A stretch of 64,000 nt of DNA, taken from assembly GCA_023920165.1 (NCBI GenBank), contig CP089274.1, positions 3,472,001-3,536,000 on the forward strand. The letters are read 5' to 3'. The position numbers were made by a program, and so were the translations under genes. The DNA is from Curvularia clavata. Taxonomy: Eukaryota. Every line of letters starts with the position of its first letter. The first letter of the stretch is position 1. The notes beneath the pieces were generated by a model. That model did not search any database. It was given only the letters and a program-made list of their open reading frames with translations, and had not been told where the DNA came from. Below, piece by piece: positions 37,237-50,668 of this stretch.

Positions 37237-40200
37237 GAGTTTAAAGGCGTACAAAATCCGTTGGCCCAGTTTGTTCGTGTTCTCAGTATTGCATCTGTGC
37301 GTTTTCGTAACGGAGTTTGGCTTAAGGATGAGCATCGCATGTCTCAACGAATCCGAGTTGTCCTTTTCGATGGCCCTCTCCTCCTTAGCAAGTGTTCGGC
37401 GTGTATATCATCGAGTTGAAGTAGCGTCCTGGGGGCCGTTGGTCCCTCCTGTTGGGCTGCTGTCTGTCTGCAAAACATAAAAGAAGTCGCACTGGGTGGG
37501 CTGTCATGTCGCATAGTAACAAGGCGTTTGGCAAGTAGATGCTTGTTGTATCCTTCCATTTCTCTTGTTTTTTTTCTCTCTGTATCTTCCAGGCGTCGAA
37601 GGGTTAGACAGGGGAAAGGGAAAGCTCTTTTCATATCCAAAAAAAAAATTATCAAAAGAAAAACTATTGCAAGACGAAAAAGAAAAGTGAAAGCGGCCTA
37701 CCGTGAGACGTTTTGGTGTGTCCTGCTATATGTGTGAGAATATATGCGCGGTCAAGAGCGAAGATAGCGGCGACACACGAAGAGGGACAACATCATATCA
37801 AACCCACAGCCACAGATACTTACCCACAGCCGCACCTCCGCTCTATAAACAAATGAGGGGAAGTCCATCGATCGATTCCGCGGGCACGGCATATTCTAGC
37901 GCGTTTGAAAACTCCACACCTCAGCAAGCCATTAGGCCTACTGCGCTGTGCTGCGCACTTGCTGTGTGGTTCCAGGCCGCGGCGGCTCTTCCCGATGCCC
38001 TTCTTCTCTTACTGGCCTTTGATCTTGAACTCTGCTTAGATTCGCGCTGTTGCCGGTCTCTTCTTGTATTGTCATTGTGTATGTATCCACTTTGTTCGTA
38101 GCCTGCTTTTGTAATCCATTGGGGGGTGACTGCCAAGACGCGTTTCCGGAAGAAGCGTTCCGGGGCGGGCGTGGGAACAGCCAAATAGCGAGCGCTCTGG
38201 CCGGCGATCGGATGGCCGATCGCATGACACACGCATGCTCATTTTCGCGCGCTCGAGCGCACATGCACGGTATGTAGTCGTAATACCCTTTTTGAAAATG
38301 CGTGCGTCGTGCGTGTTGTGTGTACCTTGTCCTGGTGATATGTGGTCGACGAAACTTTGTCAGGGCATGGGGGAAAGGTCCGCGATCGAGCTAGCGAGTG
38401 TCGATGGTGGAATGTTTGTTTGATCGAAAGCCCTCTTTGTTGTTTTTGATTCGGTCATGTATTCTTGGGGACTGGGGTTCCATTTGGATCGCATCCGCTC
38501 TCATCTCATCTGATAAATGGCTCATGCCGATGTTTAAGTGAGTTGTAATATCAGTGATCTTATTTCGTCTTGGCTTTTTTTTTCAGCGCCTTGCGCAACG
38601 ACGAGCACAGATTGGTAAGCGGTATTTTCCCTATTTGCTTGGCCTGCGGAGACTTTGGGAGGGGACCGGTGTGTATGTGGCTTGAAACTGTGGATACAGG
38701 ATAGGTGTGTGTGCGTGGCTTGTAGCCGACTGCCGTCGAGAGAGGAAGATTGTGGTCCTGCCTACGTAGTCACTCTATTTAAGTTTTTGAACTGCCTCCT
38801 CGGAGGACGAAGTTGGCCTTGTGCTCCAAAACCTGGCTGGCCGGTGGTCCAAGTCTCCCGCTTTTTTTCTGTGTTACCTATTACGGCAGCTTTTGAGGTT
38901 TACCCATTTGCCGTGACTGGGAGGGGGCGCGGGGGCACAGCTGGTCCCACTACTGTATCCATTCGATCCACTTCTTGTCATAACAGAGCCCACATAAGGT
39001 AACTTTTTCGGTTATGCAGGTATCCGATGAGACGGCGTTGATTCTTATCGGATGTGGTGAAGGCTGGGTAAAATCCTCGGGAATAAGAGTGGGTTCCTTG
39101 GCTTGTTTGTTTTGTGGACTGTGATCTCTGCGGTGGGTTTTTGAGGCTGGGGCTAGCTGGGCTACGGCCTTCCTTTATATTGCGGTACTTTATTTGACAG
39201 GTGCCATGTGCCATTGCCCTATCCTGATCTAGCTTCGGAGATATTTTCGAGAATGTGGGCTCCGATGTCCCATTGTTGATTTAGCCCTCAGGCTGAGACT
39301 TGGTGTGTTGTCAGTCGCACAAAAGGCGGAGTGGTAATATATTCGAGTGGAAGGTATGGCGAAGGTTTTTCTGAGCGAACAGGTATTAGCTGTCAGGAAA
39401 CTTCTTTGTCTAGAGCTTGAAAAAAGAAAGCCCATCGTGCGCTACTATGAAAAAATGGTATGACTAGCTTCTGGGATTCTCATCTCATCGTGCAGATGGG
39501 ATCACGGTATTATCAATCAACATATGCTTTCGATGGCTTGTCACCACGCTTCCTACTGGCCACTTACCAGATTTCTGAGAAAATATTAAGAGCAATACGC
39601 CAATCACCAAGCCACGCTTCGTAGCCGAGCGTCAGCCTGAGAATTGAGGAGACTCCGGCCGTTCCCTTTTTTTGCAAGTCACTGTGCATGAAAAGTGTGT
39701 GCCTCGCGGCGTCTCAATCGAATGGCAGACGTCGGTCATTCTGGCCGATTGGTTTTCCTCAGGCATCGGGCTGCATAGGCAGCCTGGTTCGGCCATGCTT
39801 GTGCTTATGCGCGCGATCCTCAAATCGCATTCCTTCTGTGACGCAGCATTGGCTGTGCGTTATGTCTTGGCTGTGCTCCATAGTGGAGAACCTGAGACAA
39901 GTCGGGATGTCGTGCAGCGAACTGCGGGTCTCTTTAGCATGGGGGTACGTATTTTGTGTTAACTAGCCCCACGGGCGATCTTCGGGTATCATCCCATACC
40001 TCAGCCGCCGAGTTAGTATCTGCACGAACAAGACGAAGGATCTCAAAATGCTTGGTATGTTGCCATGAGGGCTAGTCCTGCATTCCGGAGGCGCCTCCTC
40101 CACAACCAGTAAAACCAGAAAGTCAAAACGAGCTCACTTACAAAGACGAGCTTTCGAAATGGCAAATAGTGGATAATTGTGTTGTGACAACTACCGTTAC

Positions 40201-40711
40201 TTTTAAACGTAGAGTGGTTTTGTAACTGGGCCGTTGTTTTCCGGTTTCACCATTCATGGGAGATAATGTCTTCCTCCATAAGGGAACCAACATTTTCCTA
40301 TCATGGTATTGCTCTTGGCCTCCAAATCCTGGATACTTAGACAAGAATCAAGATAGCCTTTTAGGTGTATACAATACTCGTGCCCAGTCAGCAATATCTC
40401 GCCTCCATATCGTCTCAATCTAATGCAGTGTCAAAACACAGGAAGCTTACAGCCGTTAGCGACAACGTGGCTACACTAACGTACAAGTCCATGCTACATT
40501 CACTGGATGCGAGATGAAAAGGGTACTTTTCGTTGCAGGTTCCTTCAAGGCAGTTTTGGTGTGTCAGAATATACATACTTGTTTAAACTCGATATGTTCT
40601 AAAGGGTATCATAGAAAGTACAAAGGGAAGTTCCCTGGCCAAAGACGAGGGCGGCCATGCGAAAGACACAGCCACGCGAACCCGCATGTGTGCCTTGTAG
40701 TGATGAAAGGA

Positions 40712-43013
40712 TTAAAAGAGATCGTCAACCATGCCGCTTTTACTACTCACGCCCGCATGGAGAACGTGGCCGCAGGGCCCCCAAGTGCACTCGAGCGCAT
40801 CCTCGTCTCCCTCAGCCCTGCAGCTCATCAGGTCATTCATGTCCGTCACCCAACCAGTAGGTCCCACGATTCCTTCGTCGGGCTTCAATTCATACATAAT
40901 CTCGCTGCGCAGATCGCCAATATATGATCCAAACACCCTATCCACACCGGCATTGCCTTCTGGGTCAATCACGCGAACTACCATACCAGGTTTGTTCCTA
41001 GCAGCCAATATGCGTGATTGCGCTGCGAGGCGCGATCTTATTGGTGCCAAAACGCCTTCTGTTGCAACGATTGTCGTAGGGGACCTGATCCTGGGTAGAT
41101 TCACGACGGAATCGACACGAGTCCCTGTCACCATTGTGCAGATGGTCATTTCATCTGCAAGAGGCGACCCAGGAGCAGACTCGTTGCTTGTGCGCGGAGA
41201 GCCAGTCGAGCTAGCGGTACGCGGTACGAAGGCAAGTTTGGAAATGTCGGGCAGGAGAAGTGCTGTAGCGAGCGGTTTGCAGAGAGACTGGATGGTGCCT
41301 TGCGGATCGTGGGGCACGCGAATGCGGCGGAGCGATGGGAACTTGTTGTCTCTGATACTGGCTGCGAGGATAGAAGTGCCGAGGTCACAACTTGATTCGG
41401 GATTGACTGATGGAGTTGTGGATGATTCAGGGCTTTCAATGGATGATGGTGATGAAACTGTGAAAGCAGGGAGTGGGCTAGCCTCGGACCGGAGCTCCCA
41501 GTGGAGGTAGTGAAGCAAAGGCGAGTGAAATATGGGTGTCGGATCTTGTTCACGCAACGTAGGTGCGTTATTCTGGATCAAGGAAAACTCCTCGAGACAG
41601 GCTAGATAGGGAGACAGAATATCTGCGAAGGTAAGGACACTGCTGATCTCCAAATTTATAAGTGTCAGTCTCTGGATGGATTTCGCCTGTGTTGACTTAG
41701 CGAAGCGCTGGATGCCCTTTTCCGTGACACCTGGAAGATGCCCAAGACGTAAACTTCGCAGGTTTGCAGGTAGAGCGTTCAGGACCAGATTGGTGAATGC
41801 ACTTGCAGGTAATCCGGTTATAGAGAGATTACGCAGTTGTGGGAAGCTTCGGCATGTTCCGATAATAGCTCGAAAGTTGAGAGGTGAAGAGAGGTTGTCT
41901 GGCCCTTGGTGCAAGACCAGCGTAGATAGTTCAAGGTGATTAGAATTTAAATCCAGGAAGCGTTCTGTGGGGTCGCACTCGGCGACATAATGGCCCTTGA
42001 TTTCGTCTTCATCTTCCTCGTGAAACCCAATGTCAGTGTTGTCGAATATCCATGTTCGCTCTCTAAGATTCGAACGCGTCGACAACGCATACGAGAGTCG
42101 GTCGAACGTAGTTGAGAATGGGACATGAAAACCAACAAGGCGTTCCAGTCGTGGGCAAGCCATCACCAATGACGCTACTAAGTTCAAAATCTCTTCTTGC
42201 TCAATAGTGGCGTTCTGATACAGAGTTTGAAAGTCTGAAAGGTGCAACTCTTTCACTTGCTGAGCTAATGTGGAGTTCTCACGAAGCGTTCTTCGGAGTA
42301 GCTTCAGCCGACTGGTCCCCTTGACCTTCAGTCTCGGAAGGGCCCCATGCTCTTCATTAGCCAGCACCAGCACTTTGCGGTACATCACCGCATTCGCAGC
42401 TTTCCCCCAGGTGCGACTGGTAAGCGAGAGGCTGTGAAGGTCTTCCAAATAGCACGACGCACATGCCCGGTCCTGGTCCAGGTGCATTTGCTCGAGTTGC
42501 GTCACGATGCAATCATAGACCTCTCGAGGTAGGCTCCTGTGAAAATAGCCCGGGATTTGGTACCCGTCGTCCGAGCCGCTTGTAGAGCGTTGAAGTTGCC
42601 ATGGAGCGCTGGCTGAATAGGTGGCAGGACAGTCAGTATATGAAGAGTCTTCCGAAAAGCGTGGGCCAGTGGCTTTGATGACTGAGAGCCGAGGTGTCCG
42701 CACGACAACTTGTGGAATTGCTACGGATCGTATCGTATTCGACGCTCTTCTCTTGAGGCCATTGATGATCCGTGGTCGGGGTGGTTCGCAACTGGACGAC
42801 CGTTAGTGAACATGTTTGAGACGCAATATCGCGACCATGAACAATGGTTCGATATAATGGCGCAACGAACATCCTCCTTATCGCGTATGCTCCTCTTCTA
42901 GACTATCTTTTGTCTGCCCTAAAGCATTCAGGATCAACAGTGTTCGCTCAGACTTACACGTCAACTGGTGCTCTTTCCTGTTTGTCTTTTCGAGATTTTG
43001 ACAGACGGAACAT
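40712..43013 (-). CDS. F-box-like / leucine-rich-repeat (RNI-like) protein; exons 43013-42958, 42791-40712
   Basis: ATG 43013 (MFRLSKSRKD...) joins the long ORF in frame through intron GTAAGT...ACTAAC...CAG (42957-42792). F-box-like SLPREVYDCIVTQL...DLHSLSLTSRTW. LxxLxL repeats (LRNLSI, LRSLRL, IQRLTL). Confidence 0.75.
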
Positions 43014-45924
43014 GAGGGGCAACCTGAACTGATTGTGGTATCACAAAGCGAATGAGTCGGAGGGATCACTTCAGTACTGAAGAACAATTGTCGCTGAAGA
43101 TAAAAGTGGACGAGACAAAGACATGAAATTCTCCCCACGTAATCTATCGCATGCCGTGAAACGTGTTGGCGCGGGGACCTACCTTGCTAATACTCATATA
43201 TTCCACGCAATGCACCCAGAAACGGGATCAGCACGGCCGTTGCTTTGCAAGCATGATGCCGTCACTGAGTCACGAGCTTGTGTGTACCAAGGAACATACC
43301 AAGAAGACGAGCTCACACCAAGGAGGATGTGCGAGGCAACCAGCAATATGCATGTGCGCCACGAGCGACTCATGATTTTTGACAGGTTCAGCTTGTTCGC
43401 CTGTCTGCTAGGTTAGGGGAAATTGCCACTCGTAAGTTAGGGTAGCTAATGGTGTTAGCGGCACTAAGAGCGCGCTGATATGGTTGACCGCTCCTCGCTG
43501 ACTGTGAGCATGACTGAGGCTTGTGCTGTGCTTCTGGTGCATAGCATTAATGCCGTTTTCTTCGGCTCGGAATCTTGGAGTTTCAAATAATTGCGAGAGA
43601 AACAGCGTTGCGCATATACGTATCCTGTGCATCTTGCCCTCAGGGTTGTCGTGGAATCTCCTGCAGCGGCAAGATGTGAGGCTGAAGAGCTGCCAAAGGG
43701 TCGAGCCCCTGGATGGCGATCCCGTCTCTCATCTTCGGTTCTTTTCGCCAATCGAAACTCGGGCTCTAGAAGACACTAGAGCAAGCACTAAAAAGGTTCG
43801 CAGGCATCTACTGGTGTGGAGGGAGCTAAAAGTGCGCGATCTGGTGGCCCCTGTGGTAAACCACGCAATAATGGCGATACCTTTCACAGTAAGATTCGAT
43901 ATCATTTAGAGTGTGGCTTGATCACCACGTTTGCCTGTACCACGTGTGCATGTCTGTGCAAAAAGAAGTTCGGTATCCATTTTTATTCTTTGTTTGTTCC
44001 GGATTTTTCTCCAGTATTCTTCTACGATTTCTCCAGCGTTGTACCGTTTCACGCCGCGTTCGTTATTGACCTGAAACCACTACCGGTGAATATTTAATCG
44101 ATAGCCTACCGTGTACCAAAGTCTGCTTGCTGTTTGACAACTACGCAATAATTCTTCGGCTGTTTCACTTTATCCACATTTGCGGATGGATCCCCTAAAA
44201 GCTAAAAATTGTACACCAAGAACAAGGGAGGCCGTGGTGTTTTGCAAGATCCTGGTTCGTGGTTATGATGTGCCGCAACCAGGGATTTCTATGTGGAAGG
44301 GAAATACCTACTCTATACAGCAAGCATTGCATGCGGCACTAGAATCTTGTGGGGTTAAGCGTTTGGATCCTTGACGGTAAACCCATTCAGAGCTGAGTTC
44401 AGGGTTTTTGTACGCCGAATGTTCCGAAATTGTGTTAAGCGCAGCTATGAACGGAGGTTTGCGTGTCTTACCATGACGTTTGAAAGGAGCCTCTGCATGT
44501 CACCCTGCAAATCGCAATCACTTCAGATGTCCTAGGAACGCTTCATTTGTTAGAAATCTGGGATTGCGAGTTTTGACGAGACAACGACAGACTGGGCCGT
44601 AGGGTCAGCTTTACGTCAATCAGGCACATGATGCGATCACTCACGAACGCACAGCTCTTGCCGAGACCGATTAACACGATGCTCAGTTACTTTGTTTCGT
44701 TCAAACCTATGCTTTCCCATCTAATTAAACAGATATCCTGAAGATGGTGGGTCAGGTATGTGGGGATGCATGTTAGCAGCAATCTCTACCGTTTATGCAT
44801 TGAGGTATAAGACATGACATTGTATATATGCCTGGCAATGCAGTCTATCCTCCAATGTCCAGCTGTCAGCAGACTACACAAACTTTGTGAGTAGCTTGGC
44901 TCGCATTGCCGCTAAGCATCGTCGCCGAGGAGCATTCTTTCTAGTGCTCAATAAAGAGAAGAACGAAAGCTCATCTCAACGTTACCGTCACACATCACTA
45001 GCTATGCCGCTATATGCCCATTTAATTATCAATCAAGCACCACTGTCACATCATTTGTGTCAGTAGTTCATTTTGCATGCGCCTGGAACGACAAAGAAAA
45101 GGATGTCGGGCTCGGTAATGCGTGGAGCCGAAGAGTGATGGTGCTAAGTTCGGGTATTGAGCGGAGCCGGGGCAACGAGAACTGAGGATATGGCGGCCTC
45201 GAAGACGATCCATCAGAATTCCCGTAGTCTCAGCAATTCCTGCAAGCCCTAGCAGTTTATTCCATGGCCTGATCTTATCCTCCCCGCGGTGTGGAGATCG
45301 AAAATGCAGGTCGCAGGCATGTTGCAGATCTGCCGATCTCAATTCAACGACATGTGTTCGCAGGATGGAAGGCACACGATACTGTGCAAGCTCAAAGTTA
45401 CTGTCTTATGAACAGACTTGATATGAAACAACCATGAAAATCATTAGATCGTGAGCACGCAATGCTACGAGCCTGGAGAAGATCTGAAAACACGGGGCGT
45501 ATCTAGGACGTGCGTCCAACATGCTGCTCGCCTTGTCTTCTTGTCAAGTAGTCAGCCGTCTCGCATCCTTTTAGCACCATACACCCCGCTTTCGCTATGC
45601 ATACGCCATGCAGACGAGGTCATAGATAAATTATTTTCAGTTGTATGTGACATAATGATGTACTCATTATCAAGTTCGCGTAAGCTCGATTGTATGGTAC
45701 TTCAACAACTTGTTGAGCAGTACATCCTGTAGGACTACGACCGTTAAGGCACTTTGCTTACCGGATCCCCAGACGTTTTACATTAGACTCAAGGGGAGAA
45801 GAAGGAAAGAAGGCTGGTAGGGTTGATGCATATGTAGTGGTGTCTCCCCGCAGAGCGCTCTCCAGTAATTTGCGGGACCTTACAATCTTGAATAACATAT
45901 CTCAATAACTCGTTCATTCATTCA

Positions 45925-47653
45925 ATGGCTGTTCCTAGTACACTATATCTGGTGCTTCTGGGCTTTGGCCTCGTAGTAGCAAGAGTACCTGACCCATGTT
46001 CCTTTTGTCGATTAGTGACTTACAACCCACAGTTTCTCTACATTGGTCTTACATGCCCAACGAAGCATCTTCCCGGCCCCTGGTACACGCGCTTCACACA
46101 TTATCGCCTCAAACGTGCCGTCGTTACTGGCCAACGCATCTTCTACATCCACTCGCTTCACGAGCGCTATGGCCCCATCGTTCGCCTCTCGCCTACGGAA
46201 GTTGGCGTTGCGGATCTTGATGCCTTCAAGGAAATCCACAAGATTGGAACAAAGTACATGAAGAGCGAGTGGTACCTTAGGCTCGCCAACTTCCCTAAAG
46301 CTGGTGTCTTCACCATGCTGGACCCCCGGGAGCATGGCCCGCGGAGGAAGTTACTGTCCAGATCATTCAGCAGAACATACCTCGTACAGTACTGGGAGCC
46401 GGTTGTAAAGAAAAAGGCGCTTCTCGCGGTGCAGAAGATTAAGGAGGATGCGAAGAAAAGCACAGCAGATATTTACAACTGGTGGATGCTTCTCGCCTCG
46501 GACGTTAGCGCCCACCTCGCCTTTGGAGACTCATTTGGCATGCTGGAAATGGGCCATGTAAGACATTCCAGCTCACTCATGATTGGAACGCGTGATGAAA
46601 ACCAATACTAACAATGCCCTACAGACCAACCAATTCATGCGTGTCCTGAAGAAGCTCACCATGGGGGCCGGTATCATGGTGGAAATGCCTCTTCTGCGTC
46701 TCCTCCGTTTCGTCCCCATCACTGCCGTCCAAGAAATGTTTAACGCCAACGAATTCATTCTGCAGGGCGCCGGCAAGGCAGTCGAGACGGCGCGCTCTCG
46801 CACAGGCGAGAACAACATTTTTGCCAAAGTCATTGAAGACTGCGAGAAAGAGGGCGAGGGCCATATTGACGACATGGACGTCCGAATCGAAGCCATGAAC
46901 GTCATCATTGCCGGAACAGACACCACCGGCGTCACCTTGACCTATCTCACATGGGCTGTACTTCAGCGCCCCGAGCTGCAAGCCGCTCTTGAAGCAGAAG
47001 TTGCTGACCTACAAGATGATTTCACAGAGAATGATCTCATTAACTTGCCACTGCTTAATGCAGTTATCGAAGAGACGTTGAGATTGTACGGCGCCGCACC
47101 GAGTAGTCTGCCGCGTGTGGTGCCACAAGGCGGTACAAAGTTTGCAGGCCACTTTATCCCACAGGGTATTACAGTCGATACGCAGGCGTATACTCTGCAT
47201 CGCGATCCCACTATCTGGAAGGATCCTTGGTCGTAAGTTACTATAGAGAAAAGAGAATATCCGTGGTGATGCCCTACAAGATGATACTGACGTTCAACAA
47301 TAGCTTTAACCCTCAGCGCTGGGTCGCCGACAAAGAAGGTATCGCTGAGGCTCAATCGCCTGCTGCAAAAGTTGCTTTCCATCCGTTTGGTGCGGGCGCA
47401 CGCTCGTGCATCGGTGTTCATCTTGCACGCATGGAGCTGCGATATGCGTGCGCTTTCTTCTTTCGTGAGTGTCGAGGTATTCGTCTGGCTGCCAGTACCA
47501 CACCCGAGAGCATGGAGTTTGAGGTGAGTTATTTCTATTATTACTAATTTCTTTTCGTGATAACTGCGCTGACTATTCCTTTCCCGTTAGAATTTCTTTT
47601 TGATCGCCCCAAAAGCGCATCGATGCGAGATTACATTCAGCAATTCCCGATAA
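45925..47653 (+). CDS. Cytochrome P450 monooxygenase; exons 45925-45984, 46033-46557, 46625-47232, 47304-47523, 47591-47653
   Basis: N-terminal anchor and PGP hinge, I-helix AGTDTT, K-helix EETLR, FNPQRW, heme motif FGAGARSCIG. Four canonical introns. Confidence 0.93.
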
Positions 47654-47791
47654 TTGGCAAGGGTAACGGTAATAATGAACAAACAAGAGATCATGACGTA
47701 GTTGCTTACTCGGGCGTACTTGTACACTACGTATGAGAGATAGAGTAGACCAATTAAGAGAATCACATTTAAAGACCATTTTGTCCAAATA

Positions 47792-49149
47792 CAGTCACAC
47801 TCCAAAAGTCTGTGCCGCTAAGCGCTCGGGCCACCATCACCACTTTTTTCCTACAATTTCAACGCTGTGCAACTCCACCAAACTAAGTCTAAAAATAATT
47901 TTGAAATAACTAAACTGTAGCTAAAGATCTCAGTATTTTGTTTGGTATTCTTTTGCTTTACGGATAGCGGCGAGGCGGCGCGGCATACTTAAAATTAGCT
48001 TTGTAATCAAAGAATTAGGTATGGCTAACTACGCCTCGCGCAACCCATTTTCAAACTGCTCCCACTCAATATTTGTGTTATTTATATAGTCAAACTCGGG
48101 ATAAAGCTTATGAAGTTTCTTTTTAAGTGCCCACTAGAGGTGCTCGATAGGGTTAAGATCTGGAGAATATAGTGGCCAGTCGATCGTTTCTATCCCATGA
48201 ATTCTCAACCACTGTTGCGAGATTCGAGCAGTGTGGATACGCGCGTTATCCCGCATAAATAGCTCGCCAGCTCTATAGTTTGGTAGTAGCCCTTCCTTAA
48301 GCGCTTTTAAGTAGCTCCGTGCCGTATATCCAGCTCGACGCCGTGATGAGTCTCGTTTCATAATCACTAGAGGGCTACGGCCTACAACACTATCAGAATC
48401 TATCCAAATTGCAGCCCACACCATACGAGCGGGTTGCCGGCCAGTAGGGACAGCTTCTATTATCTTATGAGACTATTTTTGCTCTGGTAATCGCCATACC
48501 TAAGTAGCGTTATGGCTAGATCCGCGGGCGATACTACACTCGTCTGAAAACTTCAAAATAGTCTGCCCACCCTACGTGAAATTACGCCAACGCTGCGCAA
48601 AAAGTAGACGTTTTTTAGCTGCGATTTTAGTGATAAATGGTCTACGCTTTGCTCTGAACTTATGGTAATCTATTTGAGCAAGTACTTGTTGAATTGTGGC
48701 TCGAGAGATAGTGGAGCGGCTGGTGTTACTATCCTATAGGTTGGCCTCGCGATATAGAGCGCTATATTCAATTCTAGGATTTCGTTTAACGACTCGAAGC
48801 AGCTGACGATGATCTCTGCTAGTTAATTTAGGTGGGCGGCCTATCCGATCGCGCTTTGTGTAGGTGCCTTCAGTTTCCCATCGGTGGATAACGTTGGATA
48901 CTGCGCGTCGCGAGCAGCTCAGACGCGCCGCGATTTCTGTCGTTCCGCATCCAGCCTCCGCTTGTGCTAAGATATATATGCGTTGCGCTTCTGATAATTC
49001 ACCACCTGGTATTCGATTACGCGAAATCTCAGTGCAAAAAGATCTCATTTGGATGGAGTTGTTTGGTGTTAAAGAAGAGACTACTCTATGGGAATTGGGA
49101 TGGTGGGGTAGGCCCGTGCTCAGGGGAACAGACTTTTGAGCTAGTACTG
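47792..49149 (-). mobile_element. Tc1/mariner superfamily DNA transposon (Tc1/impala-like, DD34E), 1358 bp, inactivated
   Basis: TA target duplication at 47790-47791 and 49150-49151. Imperfect ~32-bp TIRs: CAGTcacactcCAAAAGTCTGTgCCgCTaAGC and CAGTactagctCAAAAGTCTGTtCCcCTgAGC. Internal transposase remnant. Confidence 0.92.
47930..49048 (-). pseudogene. Tc1-like transposase with multiple premature stops
   Basis: HTH region (ELSEAQR...EIAARL), GRPPKLT linker, FSDECS, MVWAAI, DNARIH, SPDLNPIEHL. There are 34 residues between the second D and E. TAG stops end ORFs at 48734 and 48134. Confidence 0.9.
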
Positions 49150-49468
49150 TATTTATCCTAGATCTAGAACCTAAGCAATCAGAAACTTGAACTAGGAACA
49201 TCCCGTTAATTCAGAATTGCTTCACGAATATCGCCAATTCAGCACTCAGAACACGTTCAACAAGAAGCAGTCATACACGTCTAACAATATTAATTAAGTA
49301 TTGCAAAGAAAATGTATCATAACCATAACCATAACAGCCATATTACACAAGTATCGTCCTTAGTGTATCCTCATACAAAGCAGCACCATGGTATCAATTC
49401 TCGTCGTCCAACAATGCTTTACACTTCGAGCATACCCAAAATAACTAAACCTACTACCAATTCATCGC

Positions 49469-50668
49469 TTACAAGAAGTAGATCGCAGCAGCGCCGAGGA
49501 GGGCACCAAGGCTAGCAGCACCAGTGGGCATAGAGGCAGCAGCATTGGTAGTAGCCTGAGGGGCGCCGGATCCAGATGCACTGGGTGAGCCGGAAGTAGG
49601 AGCAGCAAGGGTGGTGCTGGGCTGAGGCTGACCAGAAGTGAATGGGGCCTCGGAGGCAGGAGAGGCGCCAGGGAAAGCTGGCTCGCCGTCGTCCTGGTCG
49701 TTGGGGTTGGCAATAGAGGCGTTGTTGGGGTTGAGGACCTCGTCAATGACGTGGACGACACCGTTGGCGACGAGAACATCGGCGGTGATGACCTTAGCGT
49801 TGTTGACGAAGATGCCGTCGTCGCCGATCGTGACGGTGACGTTCTGGCCGTTGACAGTCTGGAGCGAAGTGCCGTTGGTAAGCTTAGTGGAGTAGCCGAC
49901 AGTACCGGCGACAACGTGGTAGGTAAGGATCTTGGTAAGGTCGTCAGTGGTGAGGTTGGGGAGGGCGGAGCCGATGTTCTTGAAAGCATCATTGCTGGGA
50001 GCAAAAACGGTCAGGTCAGGAGTAGTGTTGACGGTGTCAACGAGATTGGCTTGCACAAGGGCGCCGCGCACTGAGGTGAGACCTGCAGCGGCAGCGACGT
50101 CCGAGACGAGTCCAGGAATGGTCAGGACGTTGTCGATAATGTGAATGACACCGCCGGTGAAGTTGACGTTCTAGAGATGTCATTAGTAAGGACAGAAAAA
50201 TCAGCAGATTCAAATACATACAGCAGTGGTAACAGTGGAGTTGTTCATATTTCCACTGAAGAACACAACTTTGTCATCCTCAGTTGTGGCATGGACAACC
50301 TGACCACCAGTGACGTTGGTGTACGACTGGTTGGTTAGAAGAGTAGGAACAAATGCTCCCTCATCAGGGATAGCAGAAGCCAAGTACGATCCATTGAGGA
50401 CGTGGTACTGGAGGAGAGCAGTAAGAAGACCCGGGTCGGAAGTGAGAGCAGAGAGCTGGTCTTGGCTGACTTTCTCAAAGGCAGAGTTGGAAGGTGCAAG
50501 GATGGTAATGTTGCTGGCACCGCTCAATGCCTGGAGAACATTCTGGGGGACGAGGCCCTGGAGAGTGGACAGGTCCGAAGACGAGTTGAGAGCAGCGGCA
50601 AGACTAGGGGTGTCTTGAGCGACAGCAAGACCCGCGAGGGCGGCGGCAACGGACAGTTGCTTAAGCAT
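49469..50668 (-). CDS. Secreted, probably GPI-anchored fasciclin protein with two FAS1 domains; exons 50668-50222, 50170-49469
   Basis: Signal peptide. TILAPSNSAF and TVFAPSNDAF (H1), LQYHV and LTYHV, GVIHIID and NGVVHVID (H2). S/T/P-rich stalk and hydrophobic tail LGALLGAAAIYFL. Confidence 0.92.

Noticed and set aside
37250..40700. Many short ORFs between the TF and the F-box-like gene
   Set aside because: No motifs or consistent exon chains; A/T-rich runs are consistent with UTR or intergenic DNA.
42703..42762. Apparent non-AUG start or frameshift at the start of the F-box-like ORF
   Set aside because: Resolved by an upstream ATG exon (43013-42958) and a canonical 166-nt intron.
45925..47653. 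P450 as part of a secondary-metabolite cluster
   Set aside because: No PKS, NRPS, terpene synthase or transporter gene is in the window.
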